Of a DNA stretch of 51,392 bases, positions 8,924 through 17,959 are shown piece by piece; the first letter of the stretch is position 1; each line of letters opens with the position of its first letter. A program made the position numbers and the translations under genes. The notes below the pieces were generated by a model. It searched no databases, had not been told where the DNA came from, and saw only the letters and a list, made by a program, of their open reading frames with translations. The DNA is from a virus (taxonomy: Duplodnaviria; Caudoviricetes): IMG/VR virus record IMGVR_UViG_3300048861_000045, positions 1-51,392 of that record. One strand, given 5' to 3'.

Positions 8924-11094
8924 GCGATCTCTTTTTCTTCAAAGAAGACTATCTAGTACGCAAGCCAAAACAGAAAGCTTGGAAGCCCAAGGAGGATCGC
9001 TTTCAGGACGCGTTTTCGTTTACGTACACTGATGCGTTGGTGGTCGAATGCCCTGAATACGAGCTTGGTCCGCTCGTTGGAACGACAGCGAAGTACGACG
9101 TTGAGTGCTATCCAAACTTCTTCTATATCGCATTCCTGCTTGAGAACGGCAAGTACATAACCTTCACCCAAGACGAACACAACAAGCTCAACATCCCTAA
9201 GCTCGAATGGGTATTGAACAACTTCTGTCTCGTAGGCTACTACAGCAAGCTCTACGACATGCTGATGGTGATGTACTCGCTACAGAATGTGACGTGCGCT
9301 GCGCTGCACAAAGCATCGTTAGAGATCATCGGTGGTATGCGCACTTACGCTTTCGAAAAGAAGTACAAGCTAAAAGCTGCACCGCGCAATCATATCGATC
9401 TGATCGAGGTTGCACCGTTACGCGGCGCATTGAAGCTCTACGCTGGTCGACTACACACGCGACGAATGCAAGATTTGCCGTTCGATCCTCTAAAAGCTCT
9501 GAACACAGATCAAAAGCTTCAGCTCACGATCTATTGCTGCAATGACCTTGTGAACACTGAGCTGCTGTTCAAAGAGCTGGAACCGCAATTGCTTTTGCGA
9601 TTGCAGATGAGCAAACAGTATCAGGTTGATCTTCGTTCAAAGTCCGATGCCCAGGTTGCTGAGGCTGTGATTACGAGCGAGCTGAATAAGCTGAACGGCA
9701 CCCTTGGTAAGCGACCTGAGATCAGCCCCGGCGAAGCGTACCGATACAGAGTGCCTTCGTTTGTGGGCTACAGAACGCCAGTGTTGCAGAACATGCTCGA
9801 TGTCGTTCGCAATGCAGAGTTCGTTGTCGACGGCGAAGGCTACATCGACATGCCTGAGTCCATTGCGACTCTGAAGCTGAATGTTGGCGGCTGCACCTAT
9901 GCAATGGGCATCGGTGGTTTGCACAGCACGGAGAAGACTGTCGCGCATTATGCTGATGAGAACACGCTGCTATTGGACCGTGACGTTGTTTCCTACTATC
10001 CGTCGATCATCCTGAATCAGAAGCTCTATCCTCGTCACCTGGGAACTTCCTTCCTGACGGTCTACAAAAGCATCGTGGATCGCCGCATCACGGCCAAGGA
10101 TCGAGCTGCCGAGATCGAGGATTCGTTGAAGCCTCTGAGCAAGATCGCTCAGCCTTCGATGGTCGAAAAAGCGCTGATAAAGAACCTTAGTGAAGAAAGA
10201 AAGACATGCAAAACCCAAGCCGACTCTCTGAAAATCACCATCAACGGTTCGTTCGGCAAACTCGGTTCGAAGTGGTCTGTGCTCTACGCTCCAGACCTGA
10301 TGTTGCAAGTCACGATCACCGGCCAACTGTGCCTGCTGATGTTGATCGAGATGATCGAAGACTTGGGTATTCCAGTCATCAGCGCCAACACCGATGGTGT
10401 GCTCATAAAGTGCCCCAAATCGCGCTACAGCGAGCTAGAGGAGCGTATCAAGTGGTGGGAGCAGATAACCAGCTTCAAGACTGAAGAGACGCGCTACAGG
10501 GCCATCTACAGCCGCGATGTGAACAACTATATTGCCCACAAGGACAAGCCCGGTGATCCCTCGGCTCGTTTCCTCGATCAGAAGCTAGGCTTCAAAACCA
10601 AAGGCAAGTACTGCGAGCGCGGCTCAGCGGGTGACAGCGTTCTATCGAAGAATCCCGAGTACCTGATTTGCATGGATGCTGTTCTCGCGATGCTTGCGAA
10701 TGGTACGCCTATCGAGCAGACTGTGCGCGAGTGCCGCGATATGACGCGCTTCGCCGTTGTTCGAAATGTGCAATCTCCAGGTGGAGCACAGAAGAGCGGT
10801 GTGCATCTCGGTAAGGTGATTCGCTGGTACTACTCAACAGAGATGAAAGGTGAGATCAACCGCGCCACTAAAGGCGACAAGATACCTGACAGCGATGGTG
10901 CGCGGCCTATGATGGAGCTGCCGGCCGTTTTTCCATCCGATGTCGATTACCAGAGATACATAGACGGAGCCATGAATATTCTCTACAAGATCGGCCACAC
11001 GCCAGAGCCGCCTAAGACGGTTGAGCTGGCACTGTTCGAAGAACCACAGGTTGTTCGTCGCGGTGTCTTCTTTGAAGAATCCCAGGTTGCATAG
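8920..11094 (+). CDS. family B DNA polymerase with N-terminal 3'-5' exonuclease
   Basis: Exonuclease motifs YDVEC and YCCND; polymerase motifs DVVSYYP, KITINGSFGK, NTDG and DVNNY. Confidence 0.92.
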   Translation: MSDLFFFKEDYLVRKPKQKAWKPKEDRFQDAFSFTYTDALVVECPEYELGPLVGTTAKYDVECYPNFFYIAFLLENGKYITFTQDEHNKLNIPKLEWVLNNFCLVGYYSKLYDMLMVMYSLQNVTCAALHKASLEIIGGMRTYAFEKKYKLKAAPRNHIDLIEVAPLRGALKLYAGRLHTRRMQDLPFDPLKALNTDQKLQLTIYCCNDLVNTELLFKELEPQLLLRLQMSKQYQVDLRSKSDAQVAEAVITSELNKLNGTLGKRPEISPGEAYRYRVPSFVGYRTPVLQNMLDVVRNAEFVVDGEGYIDMPESIATLKLNVGGCTYAMGIGGLHSTEKTVAHYADENTLLLDRDVVSYYPSIILNQKLYPRHLGTSFLTVYKSIVDRRITAKDRAAEIEDSLKPLSKIAQPSMVEKALIKNLSEERKTCKTQADSLKITINGSFGKLGSKWSVLYAPDLMLQVTITGQLCLLMLIEMIEDLGIPVISANTDGVLIKCPKSRYSELEERIKWWEQITSFKTEETRYRAIYSRDVNNYIAHKDKPGDPSARFLDQKLGFKTKGKYCERGSAGDSVLSKNPEYLICMDAVLAMLANGTPIEQTVRECRDMTRFAVVRNVQSPGGAQKSGVHLGKVIRWYYSTEMKGEINRATKGDKIPDSDGARPMMELPAVFPSDVDYQRYIDGAMNILYKIGHTPEPPKTVELALFEEPQVVRRGVFFEESQVA

Positions 11095-11115
11095 TTTTCG
11101 AACTGAGGATATGCT
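11087..11115 (+). promoter_or_regulatory. sigma70-like promoter TTGCAT-N17-TATGCT
   Basis: Exact 17-nt spacer, upstream of the small ORF at 11163. Confidence 0.5.
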
Positions 11116-11162
11116 TTCGCTGTCCCTACTTACATAAAGAAAGAGCAGTTGTGGGCAAAATC

Positions 11163-11300
11163 ATGCGTTTTGTTACCTTTTTCCTGCGAAATTGGATGTC
11201 TCACCGAAAATGTTCAAGCTGTAATAGTCGCCCAGGCTCCAACAAAAGTTGTAGAGAGTGCCAAGACCTAGACGACTTTCGAGCAAAGATGTCCTTCTAG
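11163..11300 (+). CDS. 45-aa CxxC...CxxC protein (absent from the ORF track)
   Basis: MRFVTFFLRNWMSHRKCSSCNSRPGSNKSCRECQDLDDFRAKMSF; stop overlaps the stop of the convergent tail gene. Confidence 0.45.
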   Translation: MRFVTFFLRNWMSHRKCSSCNSRPGSNKSCRECQDLDDFRAKMSF

Positions 11301-14300
11301 CTTTCTTGAACTACTAGCGTCGGCACCTGCAACCAATATGTCGACTGAGCTAGACCTGGATCAATAAAGGTGATCGTGTCTCCGCTCTTAGTTACGGTGC
11401 AGTTCACAGACACAGGGAACGTATCGCTAGCATCGACGGCTGACATCGCGTATCCGCTGATGGTCGCAACAGGATTGACCCATCCACTACCACCGTTGAT
11501 GATCGTTACCGAATTGACGTTGAAGTATTCCCTTCCAAGTGTTCCGTTCGGCAAGCTCTCTGGTGGGTAGCGCGACGTTACGAGATTGAACTGTGCGTTG
11601 TGAGGATCGCCGGAACCTGGGTCTCCAATCACTCCTGTAAATCCACTGTTGGGAATCGATTCGTAATCACCAAGATTGACTGAGCCGTTTATGAAATCCT
11701 GATCTCGCGAGTAGTAGCGATCATCGTAGTTCACAGCCTTGACCGTATATTGCATTCCGTCTTCAGGGTCTTTTTCTGACAACAAGAATGCCTTCGCGAC
11801 GTTGCTGCTGGTCGTCTGATCGACAATCCAATATGTTGTCGCCGCGTACTTGTCAGGATCGAGAACGAGCGGAACGATAGGAGCGCGTTGAAGATTGAGC
11901 GCCATCGATCTACTCTTTCCTTCATCGGTAGTGGTGATCGTTCCTGCTTGAGCTGTAACGACTATGCTGTCGACCGCACCATCGTAACGCTGAAGAAAGA
12001 TGATGTAGTTGTGGCCACCGATAACATCAAAGTTCTGCGACAAGAATAGAGTCAAGCCTGACTGTCCAGTGATTTGACCATCCTGTGTGTCAGCGCGAGT
12101 ATTGTCGGCGACTAGAATGCGATCCTGCAAAACAAGCAACGCAGCTTCCTGAGTCGATTTGAAGTCAACAGCAGTGTTCTGATAGATCAGCTTGTTATAA
12201 AGACGCCAGCCGAGCATCCATGCTTGCACACGATTCCGAATCCCCACAGAGGTTATCTTTTTAGGATTGACTGCGCTTTGATCGGGTGGAAAGTGCAGCG
12301 TCACCGTGGTATCGAGATCAGGATAATTCGGAGCAAACGGATCGATGTAATCCAACTCGATTCCGTCATAATCGTTTGTCTTGCCGAACGTGATCGTGCG
12401 CGTCTCGCTGCCTGGAATTTTGTTGCGATGGTTGAAAAGGAGAACGCTGTTTGCAGTCTGCCGCTCGAATGAAACAGACATCACGCTCCCGCGTCGAAAC
12501 GCAGTGCAGAACGTCGCCTGTGTAACGTCAGCAACAGACTCCTCGAAAGAGACTTGAGCATCGTCAAACGTGTAGCAAAACTCGGTGCATAGAGATGTGC
12601 CGAAATAGCTCTGCACTGATCCAGATGGACCAAGCACTGAGTACAGCTCTGCAACGTCGATCTCGGCCAAGGTTCTATTTCCGATATATGGTTCGGTTGC
12701 GAGATACATCAAAATGTCGGCAGCGTTCTTCGTTGCAATCGGTGCGCTCGCTGATCCACTCGCATACGACGGCAGCAAACGTGTCACTTGAAGATTTAGC
12801 TTGCGAGCCTTCACCGACAATGCGCTCGCGGTCGCATAGGTCAACGTCTGGATCGTTGTCACGTTGCCAAAGTTACTGACTGCTATAGGCGACACGGCAT
12901 ATAAGTCTCTCCACTGAACCTGATCGTTGACAGTTCCGTCGAAGTCTTTATCTGAAGCCGTAAGTCTGATGGCGCTTATTTGGCAGACACCAGCAACAGA
13001 ACCGTTAGCTCTTGTGGGCAGCTTGCACTTGACCGTCACGCCTCGCTGACTCTGCAAAACTGCTGAGCCTACCAGCGTTCCAGTGAACGCGATGATATCG
13101 CCAACAGGCTGATAGCTCGCATTCAAAGCCTGCAATTCGATCTGAACATCTACATCGATTGGATATTGATTGCCGCTCTCGTTGCTAATCTTGAAGAGAC
13201 CGTTTGGCGCTACGAAGTTGCACCAAACCTCAGTCATAGAGCCAACATTCAAGATGAATGGGCCGACGTGCCTGTCGTTCAAGTCCACAAGAACAGGACT
13301 GCCGTATGTGCTTGCAGCGCCAGTGAAGGATGCCAACGCTGCCCATCCTGCGGACACCGAGCTAGGATTCGCGAGAGTGAGAGAGTTGGTTGTTACAGCA
13401 AGCAAAGTGTAATCGCCAACAACACTGACGTTCGGATGAACGTGACCAGGATCAGCAGCATCGCCGTATACCAAACTAACGGTGTCACCAACAGCATAGT
13501 AGGCATTGAAGTCTATTGTGCCGTCGTTCGTCTCGACTGTTCCTGCTGCCGTTACACGAATGTTGTCCTTGCCCGTAAGATTACTGGCGTTTGGAGCACG
13601 TAACACTTGACCGTTGACACAGTTCGATGGCTGAATGTTTACGATTTGCGTGTTGATTGGATCTCCGACAGCCAACTGCGGAGCGTTGCCGGAGTTTGGC
13701 GATGTATTGGGGCCATAGATCGCAAAGCTTGAACCGTCGATCTCCTGAAGTGGAGTTGTATCGTCCTTCACGTCCCATACCACAGTCGGATCATCAACCG
13801 ATGTCGAATGAGTTTGCTCGATCTGATAGCTTCCCTTTCCGATGCAGCCGTAGAAGTGTTCAACCTCTTGGTTGTTGATGAAATACTTGTACGGCACGGC
13901 GATCAAGTCAGGCGTAGAGCGTACTGTACCCACAATGTCAGGAATGCGCTCGTTCGGCCTATTTGTGTTCTGACGATCAGAGAGCGAGTTGTTTGGAGAA
14001 GGCTGCTGGTTGTTCTGATTGAGCTTCGTGTTCGGCCTGATAAGGAAGGAGATGCCGATAGCGACCGCTGCAAGTACGACCGCAACGATGATTGCGATGA
14101 CTTCGAAGCCTTCTGGATACAGGACAACGTAGACATTGCCATTCAGTTTGCCGAGGGCTTCGATCTCATGCTCGTTCTTTGGCGTCACATCGCACGACTG
14201 AGCGACAGACCGGTGATAGATGCGAGCTGTCTTTGGAAACACAGGCCATTTGCTCTGAAACAGAGCGTGAATGTCTTCAACGTTATCGAACACTTCTCCA

Positions 14301-14344
14301 GCTTCAAGCTCAAGCGGATTATTGAAAATCGTTACGGTCGTCAC
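11297..14344 (-). CDS. tail tip/central fibre protein (lambda J-like)
   Basis: 1015 aa; RIPDIVGTVRSTPDL, FNHRNKIP and AVNYDDRYY; last gene of the tail module. Confidence 0.85.
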   Translation of the reverse strand: MTTVTIFNNPLELEAGEVFDNVEDIHALFQSKWPVFPKTARIYHRSVAQSCDVTPKNEHEIEALGKLNGNVYVVLYPEGFEVIAIIVAVVLAAVAIGISFLIRPNTKLNQNNQQPSPNNSLSDRQNTNRPNERIPDIVGTVRSTPDLIAVPYKYFINNQEVEHFYGCIGKGSYQIEQTHSTSVDDPTVVWDVKDDTTPLQEIDGSSFAIYGPNTSPNSGNAPQLAVGDPINTQIVNIQPSNCVNGQVLRAPNASNLTGKDNIRVTAAGTVETNDGTIDFNAYYAVGDTVSLVYGDAADPGHVHPNVSVVGDYTLLAVTTNSLTLANPSSVSAGWAALASFTGAASTYGSPVLVDLNDRHVGPFILNVGSMTEVWCNFVAPNGLFKISNESGNQYPIDVDVQIELQALNASYQPVGDIIAFTGTLVGSAVLQSQRGVTVKCKLPTRANGSVAGVCQISAIRLTASDKDFDGTVNDQVQWRDLYAVSPIAVSNFGNVTTIQTLTYATASALSVKARKLNLQVTRLLPSYASGSASAPIATKNAADILMYLATEPYIGNRTLAEIDVAELYSVLGPSGSVQSYFGTSLCTEFCYTFDDAQVSFEESVADVTQATFCTAFRRGSVMSVSFERQTANSVLLFNHRNKIPGSETRTITFGKTNDYDGIELDYIDPFAPNYPDLDTTVTLHFPPDQSAVNPKKITSVGIRNRVQAWMLGWRLYNKLIYQNTAVDFKSTQEAALLVLQDRILVADNTRADTQDGQITGQSGLTLFLSQNFDVIGGHNYIIFLQRYDGAVDSIVVTAQAGTITTTDEGKSRSMALNLQRAPIVPLVLDPDKYAATTYWIVDQTTSSNVAKAFLLSEKDPEDGMQYTVKAVNYDDRYYSRDQDFINGSVNLGDYESIPNSGFTGVIGDPGSGDPHNAQFNLVTSRYPPESLPNGTLGREYFNVNSVTIINGGSGWVNPVATISGYAMSAVDASDTFPVSVNCTVTKSGDTITFIDPGLAQSTYWLQVPTLVVQES

Positions 14345-14694
14345 TTATACCACCTGATTGTCTTGAATGCCCTCATCGCTATGCGAGGGGTCTGGTACTC
14401 CGGCATCTGATTCGTTGGAAGGTGAAGGATTCGGCCAAGGTAGAACACACCAATGTGCGGCTCCTGCCGAGGACGCTCCATCAGCGCGATACAGGGGCTT
14501 GTAGGCGCTTCCAGGCGCGAGAACATCCTTGCGCCCTTCAGACTGATCCTGCGCTGCGTAAAGCGCCCCTGTAGCCCAGGCATACGCTCACGCAAATCCT
14601 CTCCTGTCAGGTATAGCCACGCCTCAACTGCGAAGTTCCAGCAGTTGTACTCTGGCGTAGATACACGGTTCAAGAGATGATCAATGCTCTGCAT
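14341..14694 (-). CDS. NlpC/P60-like tail assembly protein
   Basis: YNCWNFA...HIGVF...ILHL. Confidence 0.8.
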   Translation of the reverse strand: MQSIDHLLNRVSTPEYNCWNFAVEAWLYLTGEDLRERMPGLQGRFTQRRISLKGARMFSRLEAPTSPCIALMERPRQEPHIGVFYLGRILHLPTNQMPEYQTPRIAMRAFKTIRWYK

Positions 14695-15188
14695 CAGAAG
14701 CCTCGAAGCGGAGTAAACCGCGAGAGATCGTAAAGCTCTCCTGTGCGGCTGTTGTTGAGGTTTGGAGCGTCGGCCTGGAAGGTTGCACCTTCACCATTGA
14801 ATGCGATATTGCTGATGACGAATCGCGTCGGACCTTCGACCATACTGAGATCATCGCTCCTGAAAGTGCGATAGACCAGCGTCGGTTTGATCACAAACGA
14901 GCCTGCATTGCTGCAACGATCCATCTCTGTAGGCAACAGTTGGCCGAGATCGCCAAGCGTCACCTTCATGGATTGATCGAGATCGTTGTCGGAACCAGTT
15001 GGAGTAATCTGCAATGGATAGTAGTCAAAGAACTGAGTACTGCCGTCTTCGAGATGCAGAGCAACACCGCTGACTGCATTGCTCACGACGCGATACGTCT
15101 GCGTGAAGCTAGGGTGCGATATCTCGCACGTCTCTAGTTGCACAACAGTCGAATTGCTATTCAGGTAATACTCGCTAAGGGCACTCAT
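14694..15188 (-). CDS. minor tail protein (DUF1833-like)
   Basis: LETCEISHPSF, YRTFRSDDL and TGELY..RF..LRG; synteny. Confidence 0.75.
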   Translation of the reverse strand: MSALSEYYLNSNSTVVQLETCEISHPSFTQTYRVVSNAVSGVALHLEDGSTQFFDYYPLQITPTGSDNDLDQSMKVTLGDLGQLLPTEMDRCSNAGSFVIKPTLVYRTFRSDDLSMVEGPTRFVISNIAFNGEGATFQADAPNLNNSRTGELYDLSRFTPLRGF

Positions 15189-15191
15189 GGT

Positions 15192-17009
15192 TTATGCATT
15201 CTGGCTGATGAAGCCTGCGACAGTCGGACCGTAGACAGAACCGAAATAGGCAATGGTGGGATGAACACCATCGCTGATTGTGGTCCTGTTGATGTCATTC
15301 ATTCCGAGCCTTTTGAACATGCTCAGATACGGAACCGCAAACGATTCGCAGACAGCTTGAATAGCTGCATCGTTGGCCGCAATTGTCGCCTTGGTTCCGT
15401 AGGTAGTCCAAGCAGGACCGACAACGAGAATGCGCATCGACTTGTTTGCAGTGATGAGCGAAGTAAGCGCATTCTTGACTGTGCCATATATCGTTTGCGC
15501 TGTTACGTCGTCAGCAGCAGTGCCTAGTGCAGTGGTGTAGTCGTTCGTACCGAGCGGCACAACCATGATGTCAAGGGCAGCTAGGTTCTGAGCTAACGTT
15601 TGGCCTAGAACGCAACCGAAAGTATGTTCATCGTTTGCACCAGCAGAGCCGGTCACACCGTTGGTGTCGCACGTTCCTGTGCCAGCTCCACCGCCGTAGT
15701 GCGAGAAGATACCATGTACTGTGTCACCAGTGGTTGCGACCGAATCAACGCCCCACTTGCGACCGGCGATAGCATCTTGAAACGTCTGGTTGATCTGCAA
15801 ACGCTGCGAAACAACATTCTGCCAAGTCTGAAGGAATGCCTCGCGGCCTGAATAGCTGTCGCCAAATACGCCCCACTTCTTAGCCGACGAGGGCAGCTTT
15901 TGATAGAGCAAATCGGTATCAGACTGAAGCAGATACTTGCTCGTTTTGTACGATGCTGGAATTGCTGTGCCCTCGTAAATACCGAGAACAGCCTTGTTCG
16001 GCACATCAGCATTGGCGAACTGCAACCGTGCGTAATATGCCCCTGTGGGCACTGCGATAGGCGTGTTCGCTGCGACAATAACGCTCGCACCAGAGAGCCA
16101 GCTCTGATCAGCTTTGTAGAACGCATAGCCGAAGCCAGAGCCGTTTGTTTGAACATGCGATGCAACAATGTTTGGCATTCCCAGGACTGGCATGAAGTCA
16201 GTCGTGAAGTAGGTATTTACACCGGACGATACAAGCCCGTTGCCACTGACCAATGCGCCCACAGAGGTTCGCGTTGCATCGAACAGGTTGATTTTGTTGT
16301 TAGCTGTCTGACGCGCCGTGATCGCACCGCTCGCGACTTGTGAAGCGATAGATGCAGACACCGTTGCAACATCTGTGCTGTTGGCATAGCCGTAAGGCTT
16401 GTATGTCGCAACTGCTGTACCAAGATTGAACATCAAACCAGCGACATCCTGAACAGGTGCGCCAGCAGCGTTTGTCGCATTCGCAACCATGAAGCGCATA
16501 TACGCAGTTCCAGCCGGAGGAGTCGTAGCAGTGCCAGCAACTACAGTTGCCGCATTGATCGAGATGAAAGTGAAATAAGCATCATAGTAAGCTTGACCAG
16601 CATTCACAGCACCGTAGAGATCGCGGTTGCAAATCCATTGGGATGTGCCCACAGGAATGTAATCGGATGTCGTAAATCCGTTCTGATTTGCGGTAGTGCC
16701 GTTTGCAATAAGCTGTTTGTTCACCTGCGCGGCAGCAGGGTTATAGAGCTGCTTCCCAGGCTCGAAGAACTTCGATGCTACCGAAGCCGAAGCGAGACCG
16801 AGCTGAGCCTTGCTGACTTCACCAGGAATGCCTTGTGCTCCTGTGTCGCCTTTGGCCATCGTCGCAGCAACCTTGCGAAGCGTCATCGCAGTGCCGCCAT
16901 TGCGCAAAACAACATCAGGGTCAGTCGATGCACCGTTGATGATCTTGCCCATGTTGTTTGCATCAATGCCAGCGTTGACAAGATCGGAGAGTGTAATAGG
17001 GCTTCCCAT
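15192..17009 (-). CDS. tail fibre/spike with C-terminal SGNH esterase domain
   Basis: GDSYS, GTND and DGVHP catalytic blocks; two repeated beta-rich modules upstream. Confidence 0.8.
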   Translation of the reverse strand: MGSPITLSDLVNAGIDANNMGKIINGASTDPDVVLRNGGTAMTLRKVAATMAKGDTGAQGIPGEVSKAQLGLASASVASKFFEPGKQLYNPAAAQVNKQLIANGTTANQNGFTTSDYIPVGTSQWICNRDLYGAVNAGQAYYDAYFTFISINAATVVAGTATTPPAGTAYMRFMVANATNAAGAPVQDVAGLMFNLGTAVATYKPYGYANSTDVATVSASIASQVASGAITARQTANNKINLFDATRTSVGALVSGNGLVSSGVNTYFTTDFMPVLGMPNIVASHVQTNGSGFGYAFYKADQSWLSGASVIVAANTPIAVPTGAYYARLQFANADVPNKAVLGIYEGTAIPASYKTSKYLLQSDTDLLYQKLPSSAKKWGVFGDSYSGREAFLQTWQNVVSQRLQINQTFQDAIAGRKWGVDSVATTGDTVHGIFSHYGGGAGTGTCDTNGVTGSAGANDEHTFGCVLGQTLAQNLAALDIMVVPLGTNDYTTALGTAADDVTAQTIYGTVKNALTSLITANKSMRILVVGPAWTTYGTKATIAANDAAIQAVCESFAVPYLSMFKRLGMNDINRTTISDGVHPTIAYFGSVYGPTVAGFISQNA

Positions 17010-17023
17010 TAGGCGTTATCCTT

Positions 17024-17959
17024 TTATAGGTTTGAAGATAAGGTTGTGTTGACAAACGTTCCAAGAGCACTCAACAGGTTCAACGGATTACCAAGAGCGA
17101 ACATATCGACAATGCTCTGGTCATATGCTGGATTCGGAGGATTGGGCACAACGTTCAACGTCGCACCGAGAACATAAGTCTGTCCTTGTTGGGATATAAG
17201 CCGCCAACTTCCAGGTTCAACCGTCACAACGTAGAATTGCGGTTGCGACGTGTCTAAGATCAGCTTGGCAAGGATTCTCTTCGCTCCGTATCCGTTAGCA
17301 CGATACAAAGCTTGCAAATATTCAAAGTTTGGGCTGTCTGTAGTCCACTGAACGTTCACCTGTGAAACAGCACCTAGTTGTGTTGCGCGAATACGAGGAG
17401 CACCGCCATCCAACTTTGTCGATACAACAGGCGATGAGTTGGCACCGCTATAACCACTCGAATCAGGAAGCAAGGTTATAGCATCGTATGCACCCGATAC
17501 AGTTACATCGTCAACCTGAGTACCGCCTGCCGTTTGGTTGAACAAGGCAATATCGACCACGAAATAAGCTGCGTTAGATGGTGCAATTCCGCTAACGAAC
17601 GATTGCATCCAACCAGCGACCGTTTGATAGTTGCCGTCGAACGTTGCTATGTAATTATTATTTGAATCAATGAAATTTATTCGACAACCAGCAGCACCGC
17701 CGCCACTCGACTGCGGTGTGCTTTGATATACCCATGCGCTTGCAGAAACAAGTTGCCCAGGCGCGCAAAGAAATCTCGCGTTGTTTGTGATAGCTGAGGT
17801 TGGCACAGACGGATGCGCACCATGCCATGCTTGCCAAGTTCCTACCGAGCCAGGACGTATACCAAACGGAGACGGAGGAGACTGAACAATCTGCCAAACA
17901 TCTTGCTTATTCCATCCGGTATCGCCTTGCTCGAATCCAGGGTTGTACAGGTTCGCCAT
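17024..17959 (-). CDS. distal tail-like protein with N-terminal carbohydrate-binding module
   Basis: NLYNPGFEQG...VDDVTV CBM-like region, then STKLDGGAPR; follows the tape measure gene. Confidence 0.65.
   Translation of the reverse strand: MANLYNPGFEQGDTGWNKQDVWQIVQSPPSPFGIRPGSVGTWQAWHGAHPSVPTSAITNNARFLCAPGQLVSASAWVYQSTPQSSGGGAAGCRINFIDSNNNYIATFDGNYQTVAGWMQSFVSGIAPSNAAYFVVDIALFNQTAGGTQVDDVTVSGAYDAITLLPDSSGYSGANSSPVVSTKLDGGAPRIRATQLGAVSQVNVQWTTDSPNFEYLQALYRANGYGAKRILAKLILDTSQPQFYVVTVEPGSWRLISQQGQTYVLGATLNVVPNPPNPAYDQSIVDMFALGNPLNLLSALGTFVNTTLSSNL

Noticed and set aside
11297-17009. Diversity-generating retroelement or invertible tail cassette
   Set aside because: No reverse transcriptase or invertase gene, and no template/variable repeat pair seen.
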